This document shows, piece after piece, positions 1 through 11,650 of a DNA stretch of 64,000 nucleotides. The translations under genes and the position numbers were made by a program. This DNA comes from an uncultured Planctomycetaceae bacterium (lineage in GTDB: Bacteria; Planctomycetota; Planctomycetia; Pirellulales; PALSA-1355), in the NCBI GenBank assembly GCA_963785305.1, contig CAWAUV010000008.1, positions 64,001 through 128,000 on the forward strand. The letters are read 5' to 3'. The notes under the pieces are model-generated. The model saw nothing but the letters and a program-made list of their open reading frames with translations. It was not told where the DNA came from and did not search any database. Position 1 is the stretch's first letter, and each line of letters starts with the position of its first letter.

Positions 1-392
1 CATGGGCGGTGTCGACGAATTGGGCGCGGATCGCTCCCTGGCCGAGCGTGGAGTCCCGCCGCGAGGCGCGCCCCAACCGCTTTAGTCGGCATAAATGGCG
101 CTTGGAGCGCGTTTTTGTATCCATCGCGGGGCGTCTTTAGAACGCTTATGCCACGAGCGCCGCCGATGAACGTTATACCGGCCGCGACCGCCTTGCGAGT
201 TGTGCCTGCCGCGACGCGCCGGACCTACCAACGCCAATTTCGCTGGATTCGCGGTCTCGTATCGCCAGGATCGACATTTTTCCACTCGGCGGGAATGGAT
301 ATACTAGGGACTTGACCACGCGCGGCGTGACCCTGCCCGCTCCCGCGGTCGCTTGCCGTGGAACACGGTTTAGATAAAGAGAATGGATTCTC

Positions 393-1522
393 ATGGTCAT
401 CATCAACTCGCCCCATGCGTCGTCGCACGCTCCTCCCGCCGAGCTCCTGCTGCCCGAACATGCCTATCGCCATGGCCGGGCCTACGATTCGTATTTGTCG
501 GTCGAGCCGGATCGGAGCGTGTTTAGCTCCCGCGCGGTTCCCGGCTCGGTGGCCTATGTCAAGGAAGGCCGCTTCTTGCAAGTGGCCGGCGGACTGCTGA
601 CAGCGCCGGAACATCGGGCAAATCTGTTGGTCGATTTTCTCGATTTGCGCGGCGGCAGCGGTACTTCGTCACGTTTTATAATTTGCTGAGCGACGACTTG
701 CCGCTATTTCGCGAGCATGGTTTTCAAGTCACGAAGTGGGGCGAGGAAGCGCTGATCGATCTCGACGCCTGCTCCTGGCAGGGCAAGGCCTTCGAATGGG
801 TGCGGCGTCAATCGAATTACTGCCAGCGCAAGGGGCTCGTGGTTTACGAATATCTGCCGGGCAAGCTCCCGGCCACGGAGGCCACGCGGCTCGAAGATGA
901 AATGCGCGACGTGGCCAGCCAAGCGCTGGCTTCGCGTCCGCAGCGCGGCGAAGTGCGATTCATGGAAGGCAGCTTTGATCCCGAACGACTCGGCCACCGG
1001 CGGCTGTTCATGACTCGGGCCGAGGGCGGCGCGGGGCGAGTCGAGAGTCTGCTGGTTTGCAACCCGGGACAGGCCGGAGCGCTCTGGGCCTTTGAGCTTT
1101 ACCGTTATCGTCGCGACGCGGTCCGCGGCGCGGTGCCGTACTTGATGCATCAGGTGATGCGGCAGCTTAAGCACGAGGGCGCCGAGCGAATCTCGCTCTG
1201 CCTGATTCCCGGGCAGAATTGCGGCGCGCCGCTCGAGGGCGATAGCCGCCTCACGCGCTGGGCGCTGATGATCGGCAGCCGCTACTTCAATTTCATCTTC
1301 GACACCACCGGCACCGCGTATTTCAAAAGCCGGTTTCGCCCCCGCTACGAGCCGCGCTATATTGCCGCTTGGCCGCGACAAACGCTCAGCTCGGCTTGGG
1401 CCTTCGTCAAGGCAACCGGCGTGCTCGAGCTCGACTACGGCAAAACGCTCCGCTTGGCGGCCAACGGCGCCGCGCGGACCTGCGGCAAACTGTTTGTTCG
1501 CGGCAACGGCGATTGTCAGTAA
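393..1522 (+). CDS. DUF2156 / phosphatidylglycerol lysyltransferase C-terminal-like domain protein; frameshift near 650-685
   Basis: ORFs 393-689 and 683-1522 join into one protein. Motifs TKWGEEALIDL..WQGKAFEWVRRQ, ELYRYRRDAVRG and YFKSRFRPRYEPRY resemble the MprF/LysX catalytic (DUF2156) domain. Confidence 0.75.
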
Positions 1523-1641
1523 AAGGCGGTTGCAAGTTTGTCGGGGCTTGATTCGCGCACGGTTCGCTTGGCGCCTTGCTTGATTTCTCCGTCAAAATCC
1601 TCAACCGGCCAGATTCCGAGCCGACAACCTTCGAGTGTCGC

Positions 1642-2434
1642 ATGCCCAAGTCCCTGTTTCCGCGCCGCGCGATCATCACCGGCGCTTCGAGCGGCATTGG
1701 ACTGGAGCTCGCCAAGCTGTTCGCGGCCGATGGCTGGTCGCTGGTGCTCGCGGCTCGCGATGAGGCGAAGCTCGCCGCGCTGGCCGCGGAACTCCGCGCC
1801 AAGCACGGCGGTGAAGTCGACGTGACGCCGATCGATCTTGCCGAGCCTGGCGCCGCCGAGCGGCTCCACATCGCCGCCACCGCCGGCGGCCGACTCGTCA
1901 CCGGGCTCGTGAACAACGCCGGCTTCGGCATCCATGGGCCCTACGCGGCCGCGGAATTGCCGGCGATCGAGAAACTGATTCAACTCAATGTCGCGGCTTC
2001 CGCGGCGATGCTGCGACTCGTGTTGCCCGAGATGGTGAGCCGCCGCGGGGGAATGATCCTGAATGTGGCGTCGGCGGCGGCCTTCCAGCCTGGTCCGCTC
2101 ATGGCCGTGTACTTCGCCTCGAAGGCGTTCGTGCTGCATCTCTCGGAAGCGGTGGCCGAGGAAGTGGCCCCGGCGGGCATCCATGTCACGGCGCGTCTGT
2201 CCCGGCCCGGTAAAGACCGACTTTGCCCGCCGGGCCGCGATGGAAGACGTGCAAATGTTCAAGGGCTCGATCCTCAGCGCCGAGCGCGTGGCTCGCGAGG
2301 GCTACCGCGGAATGCTCGCGGGCAAGCGGATCGTGATCCCGGGCGCGAAATACAAACTCCTCCAATTCGCCGGCCGCTTCGCGCCGCGCGCGCTAGTCGC
2401 CAAAATGGCGATGCACATGCAGACGCACAAATAG
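1642..2434 (+). CDS. Short-chain dehydrogenase/reductase (SDR); frameshift near 2195
   Basis: ITGASSGIG, NNAGFG and YFASK motifs; C-terminus CPGPVKTDF continues in ORF 2063-2434. Confidence 0.9.
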
Positions 2435-2492
2435 CTCCGCGACGGCGCGATACGCCTGCCGCGCGATCAGGGGAAAACTTCCGATTCGCGAT

Positions 2493-4169
2493 CTATGCCA
2501 TCGCCGGGCGGCAGGGCGCCGGGGCTTGTTTTTCGCCGACATTGGCGCGCCACCACTGCGCCGCGTGGTCGCGAGACCAGTCGGCGGAGGCGGCGCACTG
2601 GGTGAGCGCGGCCCCAAGCTCCGCGGCGGTTTGGAAGCGTTCGTCGGCAATTTTCGAGAGGCAGCGCAAGATCACGCTTTCCAAGTCCGCCGGCAGCTCC
2701 GGTCGCAATTGCGAGGGCGGCGTGAGCGGCTCGTGCGCGTGGGCAAAAATCACCTTCAGGGGATTATCGCCCCGAAAGGGAGGCGAGCCCGTGAGCAAGA
2801 AATATCCCACGCAGCCCAGCGAATAAATGTCGCTCCGCTCGTCGGGAGGCGCCTCGCCCATCGCTTGCTCGGGCGACATGAACAGCGGCGAGCCGGTGAG
2901 CGAGCCTTCTTGGGTCAATTGCACCGAGCTCTGTTCGGCCAAGAGCGGTTTGGCCAGCCCGAAGTCGAGCAACTTGGCCACGTCATGCACGCCGCCGCGT
3001 TGGGCGACGAAAATATTGCCCGGCTTGATATCGCGGTGAATCAATCGCAAGGCGTGGGCCTCGGCGAGCGCGTCGCATGTTTGCCGCAGCAGGTGGATCA
3101 CGCGCGAAGGCTCGAGCGGTCCGTGGCGTTCGACCAGTTCGGCCAGACTCATGCCGGGCAGATACTCCATCACGTAATAAAAAGTGCCGTCGTCGGTGCG
3201 GCCGTAATCGAAGATTTCGATCGTGTTCCAGTGCGTCAATTTGGCCGTGGCCCGCACCTCGCGCTCGAACCGGGCCAGCGCCTGCGGATCGTTGGCCTTG
3301 CTGGGACGAATGACCTTGATGGCGCAGGGTCGTTTCATCAATTCATGTTCGGCCAGATACACTTCGCCCATGCCGCCGGCGCCGATCAGCTTGCAGAGTT
3401 TATATTGCCCGAACTTTCGGGCTTCGAACGCCTCGCGTCTCAGGGCGCCGATCATATGGACTCCGAAGAGCGCCGTGCCGTAGCTGATCGAGAGCATCAC
3501 GGCCATTTCCGCGATATAGGCCGGGCTGTCGCGGAGCAGGATTCCGCAAGGGCCGGGCTGAATCGCCATGAGAATCGCGACCACCAGCGGAGTGCCCGCG
3601 AGCACTCCGAGCGCAACCGCGGCGCAGCGCGGCGCATTGGGCACGAACAGGGCATAAATGTAGATCAAATACACATAGGAGCTGGGTGGATGCGCCGGCA
3701 AGTCCTTGTGCAACTCGGCGAAGCGGCGCATCAGGTCGTGCTGCATCATCGCCGTGTAGAGGAGCGGCGCACCGAAAATCAGCGCTTCGTATAACCGCAA
3801 TTCCCAGAGCGGGACATTTCGCCGCAAATACAAGGCGAACACGCAACCGTCGAGCACCACGAACAGCACGGCACGCGCGATCAGCACCGTGGTCACATCG
3901 GCGCCCGAGGCGGTCGTGCCCTTCATTGCATAAAACAGCAAAAACGCGGCGCTGCCGATGGCGAGCGACAGCGCCGCTGCCCGAAGTCGCACTCGCAGCA
4001 GTTTGAGTGTCTCATTGCCCAGTTCGGGCGCCGAACCTTCGATCAAGGCGACCTGCTGCGCTCGAGCCCGGGGGGCGCTGGCCGACGCCCGGAGGGCCGA
4101 CGCCGCGGAGTCCTCGGGAGTCGCATCCAAAGTGGCCGCCGGCGCTAATTGATCAAACGACAACGCCAT
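2493..4169 (-). CDS. Membrane-anchored Hanks-type Ser/Thr protein kinase
   Basis: IGAGGMGEVY, HRDIKPGN, DFGLAK and GSPLFMSPEQ motifs; several N-terminal hydrophobic helices. Confidence 0.95.
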   Translation of the reverse strand: MALSFDQLAPAATLDATPEDSAASALRASASAPRARAQQVALIEGSAPELGNETLKLLRVRLRAAALSLAIGSAAFLLFYAMKGTTASGADVTTVLIARAVLFVVLDGCVFALYLRRNVPLWELRLYEALIFGAPLLYTAMMQHDLMRRFAELHKDLPAHPPSSYVYLIYIYALFVPNAPRCAAVALGVLAGTPLVVAILMAIQPGPCGILLRDSPAYIAEMAVMLSISYGTALFGVHMIGALRREAFEARKFGQYKLCKLIGAGGMGEVYLAEHELMKRPCAIKVIRPSKANDPQALARFEREVRATAKLTHWNTIEIFDYGRTDDGTFYYVMEYLPGMSLAELVERHGPLEPSRVIHLLRQTCDALAEAHALRLIHRDIKPGNIFVAQRGGVHDVAKLLDFGLAKPLLAEQSSVQLTQEGSLTGSPLFMSPEQAMGEAPPDERSDIYSLGCVGYFLLTGSPPFRGDNPLKVIFAHAHEPLTPPSQLRPELPADLESVILRCLSKIADERFQTAAELGAALTQCAASADWSRDHAAQWWRANVGEKQAPAPCRPAMA

Positions 4170-4378
4170 TGCTTCCGCCACCCACTCGACGCATGCGGGA
4201 ACCGACTCGCCTGGGAACAGTACAATCAATCATACCCGGAGAGGCAACCCGATTGCACGCGTTCCCCGGCTTTAGCGCGTCCGACGAGCAACCGATTTGC
4301 GCGGCGCGATCGCCCGACGTGGCGGCCTGCTTTTCGGGATCGGCGTCAATTCCCACGCAATTGGCCGAGGAGAACGGA

Positions 4379-4930
4379 TCAGGCCGCGCGGCGGCGCGTC
4401 TGCCGCGCGGCGGCGAGTTGATCGATGTCGGCTCGGGAAACCGGCTGCCAGACACTTCCGCCGGCCGCCAATGTTTCGCGGAGCACCAAGGAATTGGCAT
4501 GCAGCATTCGCGGCACATAAAACCAAGCTTGCGCCAGCGATTCTTCGTCTTGGTCGCCGGCGATCAGCAGCAGATCATTGTCGCGCAGCGAATTCGCGGC
4601 GCGGACCAGCCCGGAATAGGGGTCGCCCGGCACGAGTTGCGAGCGAACTCCGGTGGCCTTGAACATCACATAGGCATTTTTCAGCGTGAGGGCTTGCGCG
4701 TTCGCGGGGCGGCCTTCGAACAGGTCGACCCCGGCATAGCGGAGCTCGCCAAGCGGGCGAAATCGCTGCGCCACTTGCAGCATGCGCAAGGCACGCTGGC
4801 CGGAGCCGATGCCGATCTCGAAGATTTTCGCCGGCTTCAGGCTTTGAATCTGCCGATAGAGCGACCGTTCGGCGGCTGGCTTGGATAGATAGAAAAGATA
4901 GGCAAGTTCTAGGTGGCTGACAACAGACAC
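4379..4930 (-). CDS. Hypothetical protein, class I SAM-methyltransferase-like fold
   Basis: IFEIGIGSG (motif I-like) and YAGVDLFE (motif II-like); GTG start inferred. Confidence 0.55.
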   Translation of the reverse strand: MSVVSHLELAYLFYLSKPAAERSLYRQIQSLKPAKIFEIGIGSGQRALRMLQVAQRFRPLGELRYAGVDLFEGRPANAQALTLKNAYVMFKATGVRSQLVPGDPYSGLVRAANSLRDNDLLLIAGDQDEESLAQAWFYVPRMLHANSLVLRETLAAGGSVWQPVSRADIDQLAAARQTRRRAA

Positions 4931-5130
4931 GGTTTTTCGCCTTTTCGCTACAAGCCTGCAATCGTTGCCTGCCCCGACAGCGCGGCTGCCGCCCGCCCCT
5001 CGAAGCGTCCGTGGACCCCGGCAGCTTCGCTCTAGATTTTTTCGGCCGAGCGATGGCGAAAGTCGAGCCGAACCTGATCCGCTCGACACAGCTTGCCTCG
5101 CCAGCAAACCGAAGGCGAAAAAAGCGGCGC

Positions 5131-5169
5131 CGCTAGGAGCCTGTTGAAATACTCAACAGGCTCCTAGCG
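5131..5169. repeat. Perfect 17-bp inverted repeat (hairpin/REP-like or IS scar)
   Basis: CGCTAGGAGCCTGTTGA-aatac-TCAACAGGCTCCTAGCG; overlaps the stop codon of the upstream minus-strand gene. Confidence 0.9.
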
Positions 5170-7754
5170 CACCGTGGATCGCGGAGTGGTGGCGGTGGCC
5201 GACTCCCACTTCAACATGCGTTGCGTTTCCGTCAGCATTGCTTGAATTTCGGCGTCGTCGGGACTGCGTTGCAGCCGCCACTTGAAGTGCATTTCGGCTT
5301 CGGCATATTCATGCTCGCGAAACAGGCGCCGGGCCAGGGCCGTTCTCAGCGCCGGATCGCTCGGTCGCGCGGCCACGGCCCGCCGCAAGCAGCGGAGCGC
5401 CACATCGGGCTGGCCCAGGCGTTCGTAGAGACTTTCGATTTCGGCCCAGAGCGCCGCGGCGCCATCGGACGTGGCAGCCGACACGACACGCTCGGCGGTC
5501 TTCAAATAATATTCGAGCAGAACTTGGGCGTCTTCGGGAGTGAGTCGCGAAGTGTATTGGGCGTCGAGCAACCGAGTCGCGTCGAGATCGGGCTCGAACC
5601 GATCGAGAATCACGCGAACCGGAACGCGATTTTCGACCAACAGCGGCACAAGTCGATTCTGCCAATCGGGACCCGCGCGAAACAATTCTTGCCAATGTTG
5701 CGCGGCGGCGGCCAGGTCGCCGGCGGCGGCCCGTTCGGCGCCGGCGGCCATGAGGGTTTCACGGTGGTGGGGTCGAACCCGGAGCGCCTGGCGCACGAGC
5801 GCCGCGGATTCGAACGTCGCGTCGCCTTGGAGCCGGAGAAAATGCGCGAGATAGAGATAGCTTTCGCCCGCGAGCGGCGTCAAATGCATGGCTGCCAACG
5901 AATGCTCCACGCCCCAGCCCAGGCAGCGTTCTCGAAATGGCGGATCGACGATGTCCCCGATTTTGCTGTCGAGTGCCGCGGCGAGTTGCAAATGGGCGTG
6001 CGCGTCATCGGGCGTGTAATCGAGCACCGCGCGAAGTTGCATCGCCACGTCGCGGTCGGGCATTTGGGCCCGGGTGTCGGGATCGGCGATGGCGGCGCGC
6101 TCGAAGGCCGACCAGTGGAGCGCGGCGAACGCCACCCGAACGCGGTATTGCATCGTCCACCCCGCGACCACGAGCAACGCCACCGTGGCGAGGCCCATGT
6201 AGGCGCGACCGGTTTCAATCGCCAAGCGCGCCTGATCGGCGGCAAAGTGAAGTCGGCGATTCGCACGGCGCAGGCGGCGATTAGCGTGGTGACCAACATC
6301 GCCGCCGGCAGCCGCCACACGCAGTCGAACATCGCATGCGCCGCGCTGGCCGAAAGGCCCGCCACCACGGCGGCCACGCAAACCCGCGCTCGTTGCGGAA
6401 CTCCGGCGGTTCGCAAAATCCGATAATACATCCAAACACACCAGCCGAGCCCGGCGAGAAGTAGCGTCAAGCCGGCGATGCCCGTGTCGACCGCGATTTG
6501 CACGTAGTCGTTGGAAGGATTCGCCGGGCAGACTTGCCGGGCGTTCGCGCGATAGCAGGGCGCCACATCGTTGTAGGCATTGACCCCCGCGCCGAGCAAC
6601 CAGAAGTCGGCGAAGGCGCGTTGATCGATCTCGGCGCCCATTTTCGGGTCGGGCTCGTCGATTGGATTCGCGAGCGAAAGCCGAGCGGCGTCGCTCGGCG
6701 GCTCTTCGACCAGACCCGAGTCGCGAGCCATGGCGAAGAGCAGGAGCACGAGGGCGATGCCGATTCCGCCGAAAAGAGTGCGTGACCCGATCATGGCGGC
6801 GCGATATAGCACCGCGAGCGAGGCCGCCGTCGCGAGCGACACCATGGCCACGCCGCCGGTCGATCCGCCCAAGAGTCCGGCAGCGAGCACGGTCACCAAG
6901 GCGCCGAGGCGCCAAGCGAATCGCCAGCCGGTGGTGGCCACGTCGCGGGCGGCGGCTTGTTTCTGCCCGGCGCGGCGGCGGGCGTCACGATGGGCCCGCA
7001 TTTCGGCGAAAGTCACGCATACCAGCGGTCCCACGCCCAGCGCGAGAAAATGCGCCAGATGCGCCGGCTCGCGAAAGGGGCCATAAAAGCTCGCGTGACC
7101 GGCGCGGGCCAAGTGTTCGTAAATCCCGACCATCTGTCGATCGCCAAACACGCGATGGAACAGACTCGCCACGGCCACCATGACCGCGGCCAGACTCACT
7201 GCCTTGAGCACGCGCTCGACGCATTCGAGGCTGCGAATCCGCTCGAGAGCCGTGGCAAACAGCGCCACATAGATCAAGAGCATCGTGAGTCCGCTGCGAG
7301 TGGCGGCCGGCGCGACACTCAGCGTGTTCCATGTATCCCAGCGCGGCGCGGATTCATCGCCGCCGAACCACAGCGGCAACATCGACGCGAGCTCGGGCGA
7401 CAAAGCGCGTATCACCGCCACCGGCAGCGGCGCCATTTGCAAAAAAACCAATCCCACGGCGGCCAGGAGCAATAGATGCAAAGGTCGCACGGTGCAGACC
7501 GTGACCTCGCGCCGGCGCCAAGCGAGAATCAAGAGCCCGGCAAGCGCCACGAACACACAAGCGGCCAGAGCGCATTGGGCAAAAGGGCGCAGGTCGCCAG
7601 TGAACCAAGGGCTGGCGAACATCGGCGCCAAGAGCGCGCCCATCACGAGCCGATTGAGGCCCCGATCGAGGCTTCCGCCCGGGGCGTCGCTCACGCCCAC
7701 GAGCCCGCGTCGCGGACAGGCGATCCATTTCAAACCAAACCAAGAGATGAACAT
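5164..7754 (-). CDS. O-antigen ligase (Wzy/WaaL-like) family membrane protein with C-terminal TPR region; frameshift near 6200
   Basis: ORF 5880-7754 has multiple TMs with GPFREPAHLA, STGG, LGAGVNAY, NDYVQIAVDTG and HAMFD; ORF 5164-6915 supplies the TPR-like C-terminus. Confidence 0.8.
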
Positions 7755-7838
7755 TGAAGACGTCCCCCCAGAAAAACGTCGGGGATGTGGGCGATTGTGG
7801 GCTCGATGCCAGTCACGCGACCGGCGATCATGATTCGC

Positions 7839-8351
7839 TCACGGATTTGGCGGGTTGGGTTGGCGCGAATCATGCACGGCAAAAGGAATCACGATCGCGC
7901 AAATCACGACCGCCGCCATCAGCGCACGGTCGGAGATAAACGCGTCGCGCAGCGGGCCTTGCCCGCGGGTCACGAATAGATCGTTCCAAGGCTTTCCGCT
8001 CGGTCCCGAACTGCTCGCCGCGAGCCACGAAGGTTTGGCCGGAGCAGCGGCGACCGAAACGGCGCTCGATGCGCCGCTGTCGCTCGCGGCCACGGCCGGG
8101 CTCGAATCGCTGGGGGCATAGCTCACGCGATGCACCACGCTGGGCGTCGGGCCGTTCGGCGCCGGGTCATTTGCCGATGGGCCACTTTGCGATGGGCCAA
8201 GCCGTTGCGTGCCCGCGGCAAGCTCCGCGTCGCTGGGGTGCGCGTCGTTACGGATCAGCGGATCGTATTTCGAGATCGTGTGCATTTCTTGGCAGCCAAG
8301 CGCCACCGAAATGAGCACTGCGAGCGAGGCTCGGGCAAATTTGGCGGGCAT
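7839..8351 (-). CDS. Hypothetical lipoprotein-like protein
   Basis: Signal peptide ending VALGC (lipobox-like), low-complexity linker, C-terminal hydrophobic segment. Confidence 0.55.
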   Translation of the reverse strand: MPAKFARASLAVLISVALGCQEMHTISKYDPLIRNDAHPSDAELAAGTQRLGPSQSGPSANDPAPNGPTPSVVHRVSYAPSDSSPAVAASDSGASSAVSVAAAPAKPSWLAASSSGPSGKPWNDLFVTRGQGPLRDAFISDRALMAAVVICAIVIPFAVHDSRQPNPPNP

Positions 8352-8481
8352 GCTTGGTAACGACCTTGAAATGAAGGGATCGCGATCGCGCGAAATCGGT
8401 CGCGGATTATAGGCCCATGCCGGCGCCGGTCAACGTCAGTCATTGGGAACTCGAGCCGCGGGCAGTGCGCCCCGAGATAGC

Positions 8482-9379
8482 TTACTTTCGCTGCCAGCGT
8501 TCGAAGTGCCGCACGAACTGCCGGTCGATGTCGGGCATGCGGTTTCGAAGTCGCTCGCCCAGCGGCGCCGCGCGACGACGGTTCGCCAAATCGTCGAGAT
8601 ATTCGACGAGCGCCGCGTGCCCCGAGCGCGGCCCGTGGAGCATGAAATGGGTCCAGGCCCACGCGATGCGATAATCGTTGGCCGACATCTCCTCGAGCCG
8701 CTGGCGGCTTTCGAGCGATTCGATCGGCGGGGCCTGTTCCCGGGCCACGACCGTCTTGCACACCACGCTCAAATACGGATTGTCGAACGCTCGCTCCGCG
8801 GCCGGCGGCTCGAAGTATTCGGCCAGCCCCTCGTCGAGCCAGAGCGGTGTCTCCGGCAGCGCCGCATGCAAGAAGGCATGCGTGCATTCGTGCCGCAAGT
8901 CGACCGCCAATTGCGGGCTGGCATAGACATAGACCCGCCCGCGGCCGCCGCGCTTGACATAGAGCGCCCGCCGATCGGGCATTGGCCGAGAAGCTGCGCA
9001 AGTGGCGAGCGTAGCTGGCTTGCTTCGAGAAGAGATACACCTCGATCAGCTCGCGCGACGAGGGAATGCCCAAGGTGCGCTCGAGTTCGCCGCGGAGCGC
9101 GGTGAGCTCGCCGAAGAGGTTCTCGTGGTTCGCGAGCGGAAAATCCGCCCGAAACACGATGTTGTCGACCTGTCGCGTGTCGGGCCATTCGGCCGCCGAG
9201 GCGATTCCTTGGCTCGCCGCCGCCCGTGCGCAAGCAACCAAGAGCGCAAGTCGCAAGCCGCGGGCGCCGGCAATGAAGCCAGCTAGCAAGCGCCGATCGT
9301 AGTCGAACCAGCAAGATCGTTGGCGTCGGCGCCGCACGACGCGGCGAGAAGTCGATTCCGCTGCACATCGCAATTGCAT
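8482..9379 (-). CDS. DUF1570 domain protein (HExxH zincin-like); frameshift near 8990
   Basis: LRHECTHAFLH..PLWLDEGLAEYFE and YRIAWAWTHFMLHG; N-terminal part lies in ORF 8255-9379; start uncertain. Confidence 0.75.
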
Positions 9380-9546
9380 CCACCGGCGGACGGCTCGCTA
9401 GAGAAGATCGAGCGCGGGCACGAAGAACCCAGAAATCCATGAGGGGCGGAATACGATAGGCGCCCCCGGGGCCGGCGTCAAGTTGGCTTCGGTTTCTTGT
9501 CGGCGTCGCCTCGCGCTGGCCGCCGCTTGTCGCCCGCTAAAAACGC

Positions 9547-9575
9547 CTTTGCCCACGAGCAAGTCGTGGGCAAAG
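9547..9575. terminator. 12-bp stem-loop downstream of the GT2 gene, possible terminator
   Basis: CTTTGCCCACGA-gcaag-TCGTGGGCAAAG perfect inverted repeat. Confidence 0.4.
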
Positions 9576-9663
9576 TCCCTCGCGCGGCCGCAGGGGGGCG
9601 ACCGCGCCACGAGGGGATGAGCGATATGGTGGGGCCCACGCTCGGGCAACGCCGGGCCGACGA

Positions 9664-10311
9664 TCATTCGCCGCGAGCGTATTTTTGCACTCGGTCGAGC
9701 AACCCGCGGGCGGCCGGTTTCGCCTGGCTCGCTTTGTCGGCGGCAACCATCGCGTCGAGCCGACGGTGCAGGGCCGGGCCCTGCGAGTCGATCGCCGGCT
9801 GCATGACCGGCGGATTATTGAGATTGTTTCGCCGCGCGATTTGCATCACCGACTTCGCGGGGGCGGGCGCCGGCAGCGATCGGCCAAGTTTGCGGCTCAG
9901 CCAGCTCACGCCCAGCGCGCCCGCGTCGGTGCGGCGGCTGGTCGAATCCCGCGGGCCATGGGCTTGCCACAGATTGCGCAGGTCGTCGGCCATGACGCCA
10001 TGGCGCTCGTCGCCCACGATCACCACCTCGCCGGTCGAGGCGTCGAGGCCGGTTTGAATTGCCTCGTCGAGCCCCAGCCGCATCGGGTGCCGCTCGACAC
10101 TGACTTGCGGAAAGAAGAGCGCCAGTTGCTCGGCGATCTCGGCCGTGTCGTCGGTCGAGCCATCGTCGACGATCACGATCTCGAACCGCGGCGTCATATC
10201 GGGTAGCAGGTCCAGCAGGCGTTCGACCCGATCGACCAAATGTTGTTGTGCGTTGTAAACCGGCAACAGCACGGTGAGTGAGGCGTTCAAGGCCGTCCCT
10301 TTACGTGGCAA
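9664..10311 (-). CDS. Glycosyltransferase family 2-like protein (short, atypical)
   Basis: LTVLLPVYNAQ and EIVIVDDGSTDDT motifs. Confidence 0.75.
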   Translation of the reverse strand: MPRKGTALNASLTVLLPVYNAQQHLVDRVERLLDLLPDMTPRFEIVIVDDGSTDDTAEIAEQLALFFPQVSVERHPMRLGLDEAIQTGLDASTGEVVIVGDERHGVMADDLRNLWQAHGPRDSTSRRTDAGALGVSWLSRKLGRSLPAPAPAKSVMQIARRNNLNNPPVMQPAIDSQGPALHRRLDAMVAADKASQAKPAARGLLDRVQKYARGE

Positions 10312-10807
10312 GGAGGTATTCTAAGTTGGCGGCGCGACCGGCGCGCTCGGTTCGTGGCGGGGGCAGTTGGGTTTGCGACTCTTCCCGGCGCTGCCTGGGC
10401 GATTGCGCAAGGCGTTCGGCGGGATGTCGCAAAACTGGGTGGCATGGCGGATCGTTAGACGCGTCGCGACTCGGGCTCGCATCCTGCGTGCAAGCCGCGA
10501 CACTTTCGGACTCGGCCCCGCCCGGCGCGCCATCGCCACGGCGAACCGGTCTCGTAACATCGAGTCCGGCGAAGTCTCTTGGGCCGACGCACAATGCATC
10601 GGACACTCGACCCCGCCCGCTGCAAGCAGTTCGCGCAATTGACGCTTGGATGCTTTATAGCGAAGAGTCGGCGAGCCGCGGCCGCCCGCAAAAGAGGCTC
10701 GCCCGGCAAATCGCGCGCGGGCCGCAAATCGCGCGCGGGCCGCGGATCACGCGCGGAATCTCGAGGGCGCCGCGGCCGCTCCTGGCTTCAATTGCCAGTC
10801 GCGGCGC

Positions 10808-11332
10808 TCAGGCGCGGGCCGATTTCTTGGCCTGCTTCTTTTTCTTGCGGTTCTCGCGGCGAAGCACGATCGGCAATTCCTCGGGGCTCACGACCCAGCC
10901 GCGGCATTCCTTGCTTCCGCAGTGACACCGAATCGCCGCGTCGGCCGGCCAGCCATAGTCGATCGTCAACTCCTCGCCGGCCTCGAGAGTGCGAATCGCG
11001 CCGACAAACATCCGATCGGCCACGCTCGGGTCTTCGCCCTCGAGCGGCTCCCAGGAAAACAGCTCGCAATTCGGCTCGCAGCTATGATTCAAAAAGCGAA
11101 ATGGCGGAACCGGCTCCAGGTTTCGCTGCCCGCCCAGGTCGATGCAATATTCGGAGCTGTAATCCGGATCGGTGATCACCTCGCCCAGGATTTCTCCGAC
11201 ATTCTTGCCCTTCGAGATTCGCCGCAGCGCGAACACGCCGCGGCCGAGTTTCATCTTGCGCACTTCGACATTCAGGAGCACGGTGCTGGCCCGGGGCGCT
11301 TGCCGCGGGCGAATGGATTTTGCGTCGGACAT
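10808..11332 (-). CDS. SET-domain protein-lysine methyltransferase with post-SET motif
   Basis: [26 protein letters not shown] and [10 protein letters not shown]. Confidence 0.92.
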   Translation of the reverse strand: MSDAKSIRPRQAPRASTVLLNVEVRKMKLGRGVFALRRISKGKNVGEILGEVITDPDYSSEYCIDLGGQRNLEPVPPFRFLNHSCEPNCELFSWEPLEGEDPSVADRMFVGAIRTLEAGEELTIDYGWPADAAIRCHCGSKECRGWVVSPEELPIVLRRENRKKKKQAKKSARA

Positions 11333-11650
11333 AGCGAAGCGAGGTCCCCAAGAATTAAAAAGGCGAGCGAAGTTAGTCGATTATGCCGGCAAGGCGACCC
11401 GAGGGCAATCGAAGTTTGGCGCGGGCCGCGCTGGGCGGCGCGATCGCTACGACGCGCCGCGAGTTTCCGCCCCGCGGGACTGTCCCGCAAATTGCCACTC
11501 GACGAAGTTTCAAGTATATCTGAGTGTTTTGCCGAGCCAATTGCATCCCGCCCACTCGCCCGCGCCTCGCCGCATTTCCCATTGCGCCGAGTAACGCTCG
11601 CGAGCTCTCGCGGCGACCGCCTCGAAGCCCGATTTTTTTCCGGAGTCGTC

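Noticed and set aside
10706..10760. 18-bp tandem repeat GCAAATCGCGCGCGGGCC (2-3 copies) as a CRISPR or regulatory array
   Set aside because: No spacers, too short, no cas genes; looks like local slippage.
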